This document shows positions 1 to 8,957 of a stretch of 64,000 bases of DNA, piece by piece. The translations under genes and the position numbers were made by a program. The stretch's first letter is position 1. Each line of letters opens with the position of its first letter. The notes under the pieces were generated by a model that saw only the letters and a program-made list of their open reading frames with translations, was not told where the DNA came from and did no database searches. The stretch is from Methanobacteriota archaeon (lineage in GTDB: Bacteria; Myxococcota; UBA727; JABDBI01): the NCBI GenBank assembly GCA_013288705.1, contig JABDBI010000006.1, positions 9,078 to 73,077 on the forward strand, in the 5' to 3' direction.

Positions 1-2
1 AC

Positions 3-1526
3 ATCAAATTCGTTGATGGGAACTGCTACGGAATCATTGGCGCAAATGGGGCTGGAAAGTCGACATTTTTGCGAATTCTCTCGGGTGAGCAAGAGCCTTC
101 TTCGGGCGAAGTGCATATTTCCCCCGGCGAAACGCTTTCTGTCTTGAAGCAGGACCAGTTTCGCTACCAGGAAGAAACCGTGCTGCAGACGGTCTTGCTG
201 GGCAATGAAAAGCTTGATGCTGTTGCCAAAGAAAAAGACGCTATTTATGCAAAACCCGACTTTTCTGAGGCCGATGGCAACAGGGCTGCGGAGCTGGAAG
301 CTGAATTCGCTACTCTCGGTGGTTGGGAAGCAGAAACCGATGCGGCAACTTTACTGAACGGGCTTGGAATTGGTGAGGCGCTTTTACAAAAGCAGCTGAA
401 AGAGCTGAAAGATTCGGAAAAAGTCAAAGTACTGCTCGCGCAGGCGCTCTTTGGTAAGCCCAATAATTTGTTGCTGGATGAGCCAACCAATCACTTGGAC
501 GACAAGTCGATTCGTTGGTTGGAAGATTATTTGCTCAACTTCCAAAATACCGTGATTGTTATTTCTCACGATCGTCACTTCTTAAACAAAATTTGCACGC
601 ACATGGTCGATATCGACTATGGCAAGGCCAAGCTTTATGTCGGTAACTACGACTTTTGGCAGCAGTCGAGCCAGTTAGCGCTCGAGTTGCGCAGCAATGA
701 AAACAAGAAAAAAGAAGAGAAAGCCAAGGACCTCGAATCTTTCATTCAACGCTTCAGTGCCAATGCATCCAAGTCGAGCCAAGCGACTTCGCGAAAGAAA
801 CAACTCGAAAAGTTGACGCTGGAAGAATTGCCTATCTCTACCCGTAAGCGTCCCAATATTCTTTTTCAGCAGAAGAGAGATGCGGGCGATATTTTGCTTG
901 AAGTGCAGGGGATTTCTAAATCTATCAACGGCCAGAGAATTCTCAATGACATTTCGTTTTCCGTCAAAAGAGGGAACAAGGCAATTTTCGTTGGGCAAGA
1001 TGAGATTGCCAAAACTACTCTCTTTCAAATCCTCATGGGAGAAATCGAGGCAGACGAGGGCAATTTCCGATGGGGAGTGACGACGAATCAAGCTTATCTT
1101 CCAAAAGATCATAACGCTTATTTTGATGGTAAAGAGCACAACCTCATCGATTGGCTGCGCGAATTTTCGGAGGATAAATCGGAGAATTTTATTCGCAGCT
1201 TCCTCGGGCGCATGCTTTTTTCCGGCGAAGAAACACTGAAGGGCGTCAACGTACTTTCGGGTGGCGAAAGAGTACGTTGCATGTTGGCGAGGATGATGCT
1301 TTTGGGGCCCAATGTGTTGGTGCTCGATGGCCCTACCAATCACTTGGATCTTGAGGCGATTACGGCGTTGAATAATGCTGTGGTGGCTTTTCCGGGGACT
1401 GTGCTGTTGGCAACGCATGATCAGTATTTTGCGCAGACGGTGAGCAATCGCGTCTTTGAATTCAAAGACGCGCAAATGATTGATCACCAAGTTGGCTATG
1501 CAGAATATTTCAAAGAAGACGCTTAG
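3..1526 (+). CDS. ABC-F family ATPase (two nucleotide-binding domains, no membrane domain); 5' end cut by window edge
   Basis: Frame is open from nt 3 (IKFVDGNCYGIIGANGAGKSTFLRIL = Walker A upstream of the listed Met); LLLDEPTNHLD and VLVLDGPTNHLD Walker B motifs, LSGGE signature, charged inter-domain linker (NKKKEEKAKD). Confidence 0.9.
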   Translation: MKFVDGNCYGIIGANGAGKSTFLRILSGEQEPSSGEVHISPGETLSVLKQDQFRYQEETVLQTVLLGNEKLDAVAKEKDAIYAKPDFSEADGNRAAELEAEFATLGGWEAETDAATLLNGLGIGEALLQKQLKELKDSEKVKVLLAQALFGKPNNLLLDEPTNHLDDKSIRWLEDYLLNFQNTVIVISHDRHFLNKICTHMVDIDYGKAKLYVGNYDFWQQSSQLALELRSNENKKKEEKAKDLESFIQRFSANASKSSQATSRKKQLEKLTLEELPISTRKRPNILFQQKRDAGDILLEVQGISKSINGQRILNDISFSVKRGNKAIFVGQDEIAKTTLFQILMGEIEADEGNFRWGVTTNQAYLPKDHNAYFDGKEHNLIDWLREFSEDKSENFIRSFLGRMLFSGEETLKGVNVLSGGERVRCMLARMMLLGPNVLVLDGPTNHLDLEAITALNNAVVAFPGTVLLATHDQYFAQTVSNRVFEFKDAQMIDHQVGYAEYFKEDA

Positions 1527-1551
1527 CGCTGCTTCCCACCCTCACCCTTGG

Positions 1552-1577
1552 TCCCTCTCCCGCGAGCGGGAGAGGGA
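1552..1577. terminator. GC-rich hairpin between convergent genes (possible bidirectional terminator)
   Basis: tccctctcccg / cgag / cgggagaggga: perfect 11-bp stem with 4-nt loop, located between stop 1526(+) and stop 1582(-). Confidence 0.55.
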
Positions 1578-1581
1578 AATC

Positions 1582-3090
1582 TTAGTTCTGCACGGTGATG
1601 GAAGCCGCGTTGGAGTCGACGGTGTAGACTTTGCCCTTATAAGTTGTCTCGCCGTGAAAGAGAATCTGGTACTGCCCGTCTGCAACAGTCATCGTTCGCC
1701 ATCCCATTGTCATCTCGTTTAACACATCGTCATTGGTTTTGACGGATACGATTTTTCCATTCGCATCAATCACTCGAAGTTCAAGATGCTGAATCGGTAC
1801 CGGTGAGAATTGCGCGTGTACTAAGAATTCCGGCCTATCGTTTTGCGGCTGCGTTAGATCTGTCCCGTCAGCAGGATCAAACGAAAGACCCATGACAGGC
1901 ACACTGTTAATGACATAAAACTCTCTGACCTGGGATTTCACACCGTTTGTCTGAGCAAAAATTTCATAGCGCCCCTCAGCTATCTTGGTCGTGTCAAACG
2001 GGGCCATGCAGCCCTGCTCAGTTGAAGTCACGCACGCTGGTGCAAGAACTTCTTGTTGGTTGTTGTCGATGACGTGGAATTGTACCGCCGCAACGTCGCT
2101 TGCGGAGAGCCCTTTGGCAGAGGCTTCCAAGCTTGTATTGCCCGAAACATACTGCTTGTCGGAAGGCGTTGCAACGGACAGATTCGCCGATGCCGGTTGA
2201 ATGTCATACGCCCAAGTTTCGGAGCCCACGCCAGAATCATCCTGATAGCTTACCCAGGCAAAACCCTTTTCGCCCCACTCCTGGCCCCAGCTATTGCGGA
2301 TAAGCCAAGCTTGCTTGACGTCATCGTAGCCTACGATACTCACGGCATGTCCACCTAATGCGTCGCCACTCCCGTGCTTGTAAACGCCGCTGCTATAGGT
2401 AACGAAATCGGCATAAACTGTCAGTGTTGTCTCGAGTGGGCCATTCTTCAACGCCATCTTGACAGCATCGGCACTTCCACCACCGCTGGAAGGCATGGTG
2501 TAGCCGGCGATTTTTACGCTTCTCGCACTCGCGTCGCTGCATTGCGTGCTGCATACCCCGTCTACGCCGGTGGAGCCGGAGGTGTAAGGAGCGCAAGCCT
2601 CATCTGGTATCCCCGTATTTTGCAGATAATCTGCGGCTTGATCGGCCATCCAACCTGCATCGCAGCCTCCACCACCACATGCGAACAGTGATTGGGGAGA
2701 GAAGGTGGGATGCAGCCACGGGAGCCCTGCGGCGATCGCATACCGGGCCTCGAGCGTTGCCACCGCTGAAAACGCGACACAACTTCCGCAATTTCCTTGA
2801 TTCATAACAGGGCCTAACCAGTTGACACCGTTATTGTTGCGCCAATCTAAGGCGCTTGGAATTTCCACAGATTCAGGCCCGATAGGTTCAAAATTCAAGG
2901 TTCCAGTCGGTGGCTTTTGTTGACCGAGCAATCTTCGAAAATCTCTCTTGGATAGTCGCGTTAGCCATGACTCTTTGGCTCGCCAACCGAGATTCGCTTT
3001 TTTTATCGATTGTTGAACGGTGTCGGCCAAAGCCACGTTTGAAAGAAAAACAACCAACAGACACAAGTTTATGCGGGTGTATTTTTTCAT
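1582..3090 (-). CDS. Secreted papain-family (C1) cysteine protease with C-terminal beta-sandwich/Ig-like extension
   Basis: QGNCGSCVAFS (catalytic Cys), GGHAVSIVGYD (His), IRNSWGQEWGEKG (Asn/Trp); signal peptide MKKYTRINLCLLVVFLSNVALA if started at ATG 3090 (track start 3138 is a TTG). Confidence 0.85.
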   Translation of the reverse strand: MKKYTRINLCLLVVFLSNVALADTVQQSIKKANLGWRAKESWLTRLSKRDFRRLLGQQKPPTGTLNFEPIGPESVEIPSALDWRNNNGVNWLGPVMNQGNCGSCVAFSAVATLEARYAIAAGLPWLHPTFSPQSLFACGGGGCDAGWMADQAADYLQNTGIPDEACAPYTSGSTGVDGVCSTQCSDASARSVKIAGYTMPSSGGGSADAVKMALKNGPLETTLTVYADFVTYSSGVYKHGSGDALGGHAVSIVGYDDVKQAWLIRNSWGQEWGEKGFAWVSYQDDSGVGSETWAYDIQPASANLSVATPSDKQYVSGNTSLEASAKGLSASDVAAVQFHVIDNNQQEVLAPACVTSTEQGCMAPFDTTKIAEGRYEIFAQTNGVKSQVREFYVINSVPVMGLSFDPADGTDLTQPQNDRPEFLVHAQFSPVPIQHLELRVIDANGKIVSVKTNDDVLNEMTMGWRTMTVADGQYQILFHGETTYKGKVYTVDSNAASITVQN

Positions 3091-3137
3091 GTAGGCCAGA
3101 ATACCAGAGGTAAAATTAATATGGTACAAGCAGGCCA

Positions 3138-4088
3138 ATGAAAATTACTGCCACCGAGCAAATGCCGATTCTTGCCCTCCTCCTCAAGTCGCTTCGTTTA
3201 TCATCAACAACAAAAGCGCGTAAACTCCTCAAACACGGTTTTGTTCAAATCGATGGCCAGATGGTTGTGCGTGCAGATGAGATGATCGAAGCTGGTCAAG
3301 TAGTTGAAATAATAAAGAAGAATACACATCCGCGCACAAAACCCCCATTTGAGATCCTGTATGATGACCAATACGTATTGATTGCAGTGAAGCCTGCAGG
3401 AATTCTCTCGGTTAATCGGGAAAATGAAAATTCTAAAACGTTTCACAAGCTCGTCAATGCTTATGTCCGGGAGATTTCGGAAGGTCGAGAGCGTGCATTT
3501 TTGGTGCATCGTCTCGATCGCGAGGTTTCAGGAGTTATGATCTTCGCCAAATCGCTCGATATACAAAAACGACTCGAAGACGACTGGCGTAATAACGACA
3601 AACTTTACTACGCGCTAGTCGAAGGTACACCCAAGCAAAAGGAAGGCAAGATTGAGAGCTGGTTGGCAGAAAATAGCGCGCTAAAAGTATATTCGACGAC
3701 CGAGGGGCCAAACACCAAACATGCGATTTCGCATTATCGCGTGCTGTCGCAAATGCCGGGGTTTAGCCTGGTTGAGGTGCGACTCGAGACAGGCCGAAAA
3801 AACCAGATTCGCGTGCATCTGTCGGATCTCGGGTGCCCGATTGTTGGCGATGTCAAATATGGTGCTAAGAGCGACCCCATTGGCCGCATCGCGTTACACG
3901 CATTTCGTTTTGCCTTCAATCACCCAGTTTCCGGAGAAAGGGTGACTGTTGAAGCGCCGTGGCCAAAGGAACTCGAAGGATTGATTAAGAGACCGCGCAC
4001 AGGGTCTGCACCAGCTGTAGAAGTCGGCGGGCGGCATCTCCCTGGCGCCGGTCGAGGCTACCAGCGTTATGGAGCAAAACGACGCTAG
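3138..4088 (+). CDS. RluA-family pseudouridine synthase with N-terminal S4-like domain
   Basis: HRLDREVSGVMIFAK catalytic Asp motif, KNQIRVHL, S4-like N-terminus; basic C-terminal tail may be run-on to the first stop. Confidence 0.85.
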   Translation: MKITATEQMPILALLLKSLRLSSTTKARKLLKHGFVQIDGQMVVRADEMIEAGQVVEIIKKNTHPRTKPPFEILYDDQYVLIAVKPAGILSVNRENENSKTFHKLVNAYVREISEGRERAFLVHRLDREVSGVMIFAKSLDIQKRLEDDWRNNDKLYYALVEGTPKQKEGKIESWLAENSALKVYSTTEGPNTKHAISHYRVLSQMPGFSLVEVRLETGRKNQIRVHLSDLGCPIVGDVKYGAKSDPIGRIALHAFRFAFNHPVSGERVTVEAPWPKELEGLIKRPRTGSAPAVEVGGRHLPGAGRGYQRYGAKRR

Positions 4089-4307
4089 GCGAAGAAGAAC
4101 TACCAGCTTCCACGCTCACATTTGGCACGTGTTCTGTGAAATAGATCCGGCCCGAGGAGGAGATTGGACACGCTGCGTCACCTTGCCGGGCAGCACACAG
4201 ATAAGCTACTTCGTTGATGGCCACACGATGTGGGAACTATTGTCCGGCGCGGTGGCAAAAACAGACAGTGAAAGCATGCTGATCGAAAGCGCCAAGAAGA
4301 GTCTCAT
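3985..4307 (-). pseudogene. Possible small secreted-protein gene interrupted by a frameshift (33-aa signal-peptide ORF 4206-4307 plus 79-aa ORF 3985-4224)
   Basis: ATG at 4307 preceded by aaaaggaaaaaatatc; MRLFLALSISMLSLSVFATAP.. signal-like, stops at 4206; overlapping ORF in another frame continues to 3985. Confidence 0.2.
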
Positions 4308-4387
4308 GATATTTTTTCCTTTTATAGCTAGGTCTTACTGATATGATGAAAGAGCAAAACTTGGCTTGATTTTAGGAGGATGCGATT

Positions 4388-4909
4388 ATGGTAACTCTCA
4401 AAGAAGACTTTACGGCTCTCGACGCTGCACAAAAAAATCTGGAAACGTCCCGCTCGGCTGTCGAAAACGCCAGAGAGCAACTGCGATCACTAAAGCTCCA
4501 GCAAGAAGAAATTCCTGCCAAGATCGTTGCGCAAGAATCCAATCTCAAAAAGCTGGAAGACACATTTCAAAAACAAACCGCTGAAGTTGCCATGCTAAAA
4601 GAGCGTCGGGCGAACGTGCTGGCGAATGCATCCGAAGGAGCGCCGGCTGTAAAGCCCGCGGATGTCACCGAAGAATCGCTGCGATCATGGAGCGATGCTG
4701 AAATCATGGATCGGCTGGAAGATACGCTGAAAAAGCATGTCAACGATCCACAAGCAGTCGGCAGCACAACTCGGCTTATTTGGCAAAGCGTGACCAACGC
4801 ACTGGTGAACGCCATGGCCGAGCGAGAGCAAAAGAAACCAGGCACTCTTACGGAGGCACAGAAAAAAACGATAGATGCGCTGCGCAAAATTATTAGCAAT
4901 CCCAAATAA
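4388..4909 (+). CDS. Hypothetical coiled-coil protein
   Basis: ATG preceded by aggagga; heptad-like charged sequence (LEDTFQKQTAEVAMLKERRANV); no recognisable family. Confidence 0.55.
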   Translation: MVTLKEDFTALDAAQKNLETSRSAVENAREQLRSLKLQQEEIPAKIVAQESNLKKLEDTFQKQTAEVAMLKERRANVLANASEGAPAVKPADVTEESLRSWSDAEIMDRLEDTLKKHVNDPQAVGSTTRLIWQSVTNALVNAMAEREQKKPGTLTEAQKKTIDALRKIISNPK

Positions 4910-4922
4910 AAGGACGCATTCG

Positions 4923-5537
4923 TTATTGTTTTTTATGCGCCTTTTCTTTCTTTTCATCTTCCGGAAATTTCTTGGTAGCGGGCCATAACAGCCGCCATGG
5001 TTCACGTTTAATCACATCGGTGAACTCGCGCGCATTTTTGAGTGTAGCAGCTAGATCTGAGCCAGGACCAGCAAGTTGCTTTAAGCCATCTGTCACAGAT
5101 TCTCCTACATCCGGTATGCGCTCACCAACAAACTCGGTGTGATTAGGTGCCAAACCGCTTTTTTCGTCTCCCTTAAAAAAATCAATGACTCTGACACCCA
5201 TGAGCGTTTGCTGCTTCAGGTGCACCGTCACGTCATTGTAAACGCGTGCGGTGTGATCGACTTTGACGTCGATGGCGGCCTCATAATTCCCATGACCCTT
5301 AGGGCGTTTTTCTACAGGAACTGGCGTATACACGGCGCTTACCTTGCCAATCTCGTTGCCTGCCAAGAGCACCGGCGCTCCTGGGCGTATGCCAGAAGCA
5401 TTGTCGAAATAGATCCGATAGGTGTTCACCTTGGAAATGACGCCCGGTATTCCAATGGCCAGCAAGATGGCGATGACGATCCCGAGGGTGACCAGGGTCA
5501 AGATGCCAGTTGTGACTTCGTTTTTATGAATTTGCAT
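4923..5537 (-). CDS. mlaD: MlaD-like MCE-domain protein (phospholipid ABC transport, periplasmic substrate-binding component)
   Basis: Single N-terminal TM (GILTLVTLGIVIAILLAIG) followed by MCE domain (YRIYFDNASGIRPGAPVLLAGNEIGKV); last gene of mlaE-F-D order; start taken at ATG 5537. Confidence 0.8.
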   Translation of the reverse strand: MQIHKNEVTTGILTLVTLGIVIAILLAIGIPGVISKVNTYRIYFDNASGIRPGAPVLLAGNEIGKVSAVYTPVPVEKRPKGHGNYEAAIDVKVDHTARVYNDVTVHLKQQTLMGVRVIDFFKGDEKSGLAPNHTEFVGERIPDVGESVTDGLKQLAGPGSDLAATLKNAREFTDVIKREPWRLLWPATKKFPEDEKKEKAHKKQ

Positions 5538-6309
5538 GTTTGGGTTCCTTGGCGTGACCATGCGTCAAATACGCAGAAAGAAATTCGTGGACGAATCTAT
5601 TCTTTGACTGACGAAAGTCAGCTGGAGATCCCTCCTCAACGATCTTCCCATCGTGTAACATGGCCATGGATGTAGCAATGCGAAATGCGCTAGGCATCGT
5701 ATGGGTGACGACAATCGATGCCACTTTGTGTTCTTCCCGCAACGCGACGATGAGATCATCGATAAGCACGCTGTTAATGGGATCTAGGCCAGAGGATGGT
5801 TCATCGAAGAGAATAAGAGTAGGCTCCAAAGCCATGGCGCGCGCGAGACCGACACGTTTTTTCATTCCGCCGCTAAGCTCGGAGGGCAGTTGTTCTTTGA
5901 TGTCTTTGAGGCCAACCAATTCGAGCTTGGCATCGACGATTTTATCGATTTCTTTGGCCGTTTTTTTTGACAACTCCCGCAAGGGAAGAGCAATGTTGTC
6001 GTGCACGTTCATGGAGCTCATCAGTGCTGAATATTGATACACCATGCCAATACTCGAACGCATTTCGTTTAATTCATGGCGGTTGAGTTTGGTGATGTCC
6101 TTTCCTTTAAATCGGATTGATCCGTGATCGACTTTCAAAATACCCAGCAAGAGACGCAGAAGTGTGCTTTTACCGCCGCCACTTGGGCCCATGACGACCA
6201 GTGTTTCTTGTGATTTGAGTGAGAGATTCAGGCCATTCATTACGACGTGATCCGCGTAGCGAAATTTCACGTTGTGCATTTCCAGCAAGGTTTCTTGTTG
6301 CGTGATCAT
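5524..6309 (-). CDS. mlaF: MlaF-like ABC transporter ATP-binding protein
   Basis: GPSGGGKST Walker A, LSGGMKKRVGLARA signature, ILFDEPSSGLDP Walker B; ATG 6309 overlaps mlaE stop (ATGA). Confidence 0.85.
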   Translation of the reverse strand: MITQQETLLEMHNVKFRYADHVVMNGLNLSLKSQETLVVMGPSGGGKSTLLRLLLGILKVDHGSIRFKGKDITKLNRHELNEMRSSIGMVYQYSALMSSMNVHDNIALPLRELSKKTAKEIDKIVDAKLELVGLKDIKEQLPSELSGGMKKRVGLARAMALEPTLILFDEPSSGLDPINSVLIDDLIVALREEHKVASIVVTHTMPSAFRIATSMAMLHDGKIVEEGSPADFRQSKNRFVHEFLSAYLTHGHAKEPKHANS

Positions 6310-7097
6310 TTGAATACCGAGACCATGAAAATGTTGCAGAGCGTGTCGCAACCGATCACTGTTGTCACAGCAGTCACGACGCTGGAGGTTGTTGCAGTAC
6401 CTACCCCCGCTGCTCCTCCGCGCACTGCCAGGCCTTTGAAACAGGCGATCCAGCCGATGATTCCCCCAAAGAGAAAACTCTTGATCATGCCTGAGATGAC
6501 ATCCTTGACCAAAAGACTGTCCATGGTCTGGTCGTAAAAGTAGGAGAAATTGAGATCCAACGAGAGATTTGAAATGAACGCTGCACCTACAATGCCTGAG
6601 ACAATTGCCACTACGGAAAGGCAGGGCGTCATAAAAAAAATGGCGAGGAAACGTGGTGTGACGAGATAGCGCAATGGGCCGATTCCCATTCCCTCTATCG
6701 CTTCCACTTCTTCGGAGGCGGTCATTGTTCCTAATTCCGCCGTGTACGATGCCCCAACGCGTGCGGCAAGGACGATGCCTGTCAGCAGTGGCCCCATCTC
6801 ACGGGTGAAAGAGATGACCACCGTGATAGGCACGAGCATCACCATGCCAAAACGTTCAAGTTGGTAGCCGGTCAGAAGGGCCAAGGTCAGGCCGACAAAG
6901 ATCGAAACGAGCGAGACCAAGAAAACAGAGCCCATTCCGACGCGGTCTGTTTGAACGAAAAAATCCGTCAATCGAAACGGGGATTTCTTGGTCGAGATGC
7001 GTTCATAGACCTCTGCAACAGTCTCACGTGCCATCCATACGAGGCTCGAGAGTTCCTGGAGAAAGGCTGTTGTTATGGCTCCCAATTTAGCAATCAC
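6306..7097 (-). CDS. mlaE: MlaE-like ABC transporter permease
   Basis: Polytopic membrane protein, typical MlaE length and position upstream of mlaF/mlaD. Confidence 0.8.
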   Translation of the reverse strand: MIAKLGAITTAFLQELSSLVWMARETVAEVYERISTKKSPFRLTDFFVQTDRVGMGSVFLVSLVSIFVGLTLALLTGYQLERFGMVMLVPITVVISFTREMGPLLTGIVLAARVGASYTAELGTMTASEEVEAIEGMGIGPLRYLVTPRFLAIFFMTPCLSVVAIVSGIVGAAFISNLSLDLNFSYFYDQTMDSLLVKDVISGMIKSFLFGGIIGWIACFKGLAVRGGAAGVGTATTSSVVTAVTTVIGCDTLCNIFMVSVFK

Positions 7098-7168
7098 GAA
7101 ACCACCGATGGTAAACTGTTGGTCCAGGATATCTCGTGAGCGTAATTTTATGCAAGCTCAGTGAGAAA

Positions 7169-8011
7169 TCAGAAAATCGCTTCTTTTATCGATTGGACAA
7201 TAACCTTGGATGCAGCCGTACGCTGGCTGTCGGCCCGGTAAATGAAACAGATTTTGTCGTTGAAAGAAGGGGCATTGGGTATGCAATGTCTCAGTATTGT
7301 TTTGTTGCGAGCCGCAATGCGAGTTGGGAGAATAGCGGTTCCCATGCCCGTACTCGCTAGGTCTGCGATAAGTTCGAGACTTGACGAGGTCACTATCCTT
7401 TTAAAGCGTATGTTATTAGCTTCCAGTTTCTGCAGAATAAATTGCGCTTGTAGAAGGTCAGGATCATAGATGAGCATGTTGCTGTATTGACCGGTGTTGT
7501 CCCATAGCGTGACTTTGTCTTCGCAGAGATGGTGAATAACTAAGTCTGGATGAAAAACAGGGTTCACGACGATGCCAAAATCTAAATGATGAGAAATGAC
7601 GCTTTCGGTAATTTTTCGAGATAAGTCATGCTTGAGTTGGATCTCGATTTGCGGATATTTGTCGAGCAACTTGGGGAGTATGGTCGGTAAAGAATAGCTG
7701 GCTACGGAAACGTGGCAGCCAATGCTAAAGCGTCCAGCAAGGTCATGAGCGTGTCCTAGAACGCTGGCTTTGAGGGACTCCCACTCACGAATTAAATTCG
7801 CAGCCTCTTGTGCAAAATGCCGCCCTGATTTTGTGAGCTCCACGCCAGATTTTTTACGGATGAGAACCTCTATTCCGAGCGCGTATTCCAGCCGTTTTAG
7901 TGCCATGCTGAGCGATGGTTGCGTGATACCGAGACGTTCTGCCGCGCGAGAAATATTCTGCGTGGTCGCGACCTCGAGAAAATACGAAATGTCTGAGTGA
8001 GAAGGAAGCAT
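7169..8011 (-). CDS. LysR-family transcriptional regulator
   Basis: N-terminal wHTH FLEVATTQNISRAAERLGITQPSLSMALKRLE plus ~200-aa effector domain. Confidence 0.9.
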   Translation of the reverse strand: MLPSHSDISYFLEVATTQNISRAAERLGITQPSLSMALKRLEYALGIEVLIRKKSGVELTKSGRHFAQEAANLIREWESLKASVLGHAHDLAGRFSIGCHVSVASYSLPTILPKLLDKYPQIEIQLKHDLSRKITESVISHHLDFGIVVNPVFHPDLVIHHLCEDKVTLWDNTGQYSNMLIYDPDLLQAQFILQKLEANNIRFKRIVTSSSLELIADLASTGMGTAILPTRIAARNKTILRHCIPNAPSFNDKICFIYRADSQRTAASKVIVQSIKEAIF

Positions 8012-8095
8012 AATTTTTGGCTATCACAAACATAGAGACTATCGATTTTACTCTTAGCGAGAGAACACCTAATTTGAGTGTCACAAGGAGAGCAA

Positions 8096-8596
8096 ATGAA
8101 AAAAATCATCATGTTGGCAATTTTGTCGGTTCATTTTCAGGTCTTGGCAGAGCCAGTGGAATCAACGCGTGTTTTAAAAGATAGCACGACGTGGGTGGCG
8201 CTTGAGCTCAATGATCAAACAGTGTTTTGCACGGCGAGAGGCTATGGCAGCATTGAGCTGAAAGTTTCTGTTCCCGATTTGGATTGGCTTGCGCATTTCG
8301 ATCACCGCGTTGTAGGCGAGGGACAGCCCTGCATTACTGGGGGCTCCTGCACTGATATCTTGAAGCCCGGGAACATCGTGAACTCTGGAGATCCAATTGT
8401 TGTTGCGCCAATGCGCGTTGCTCTTTCGGAAGTTACCCGACTAGATAGGCAAGCTAAGATCTGCGAGCGTCAATTGCAGGAGACGATTCAGAGCACGATT
8501 CGTGGCCACGAGTTCAACCACTATCGAGGTGATACTTGGAAACCTGCAAAATTTGAGATCTGCGAAAAGGAAGCCGAATTGCAAGGACGGAAATAG
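8096..8596 (+). CDS. Hypothetical secreted protein
   Basis: aaggag 6 nt before ATG 8096; signal peptide MKKIIMLAILSVHFQVLAEP; several Cys; no family recognised. Confidence 0.6.
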   Translation: MKKIIMLAILSVHFQVLAEPVESTRVLKDSTTWVALELNDQTVFCTARGYGSIELKVSVPDLDWLAHFDHRVVGEGQPCITGGSCTDILKPGNIVNSGDPIVVAPMRVALSEVTRLDRQAKICERQLQETIQSTIRGHEFNHYRGDTWKPAKFEICEKEAELQGRK

Positions 8597-8624
8597 TCGC
8601 AAGAGCCCAAACCCAGGCAGACCC

Positions 8625-8921
8625 GTGCGGCCGGACAAAGAGGAGTTTTCGCGTTTGGAATCTTATCTGCGAAGTGCGGGATTTGAGATTCAATTTTTAC
8701 CCGCCAAAGATCCCGATTTTCCTTTTGGTCGTTATAGAATTCGTATTTCCGATAAAAGCTGGGAGAGGGGTTACATCGATATTCCTGAATTGAATTTACT
8801 CGACATAAGTGATCAAGACACGCCGCTGAGGCTGGTATATATCAGCGAAAATGTGATACGCGTACCGCTACACATAACCGGTGCGCCTTCTCAATTTTCG
8901 CCACAGTCCATTGAGAATTGA
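8625..8921 (+). CDS. Hypothetical small protein (start uncertain; GTG 8625 chosen to avoid overlap)
   Basis: ORF 8502-8921 overlaps the preceding gene by 95 nt; in-frame GTG at 8625 lies after its stop; no family recognised. Confidence 0.3.
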   Translation: MRPDKEEFSRLESYLRSAGFEIQFLPAKDPDFPFGRYRIRISDKSWERGYIDIPELNLLDISDQDTPLRLVYISENVIRVPLHITGAPSQFSPQSIEN

Positions 8922-8957
8922 TTTCGCGCGCATTACGAGCTCCAGGCGAGGGCTCAT

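Noticed and set aside
675-1490. 271-aa antisense ORF inside the ABC-F gene (and similar antisense ORFs inside mla, cysS, top6, hyf, metK)
   Set aside because: They lie opposite genes with strong motif support and have no recognisable domains.
4069-4341. 90-aa plus-strand ORF after the pseudouridine synthase gene
   Set aside because: It has no RBS and starts inside the preceding gene. The sequence is Arg-rich and unstructured-looking. The minus-strand signal-peptide ORF explains the region slightly better.
8012-8095. LysR-type T-N11-A operator in the divergent LysR / secreted-protein intergenic region
   Set aside because: Only a short ATAG-N3-CTAT dyad was seen. That is too weak to call without comparative data.
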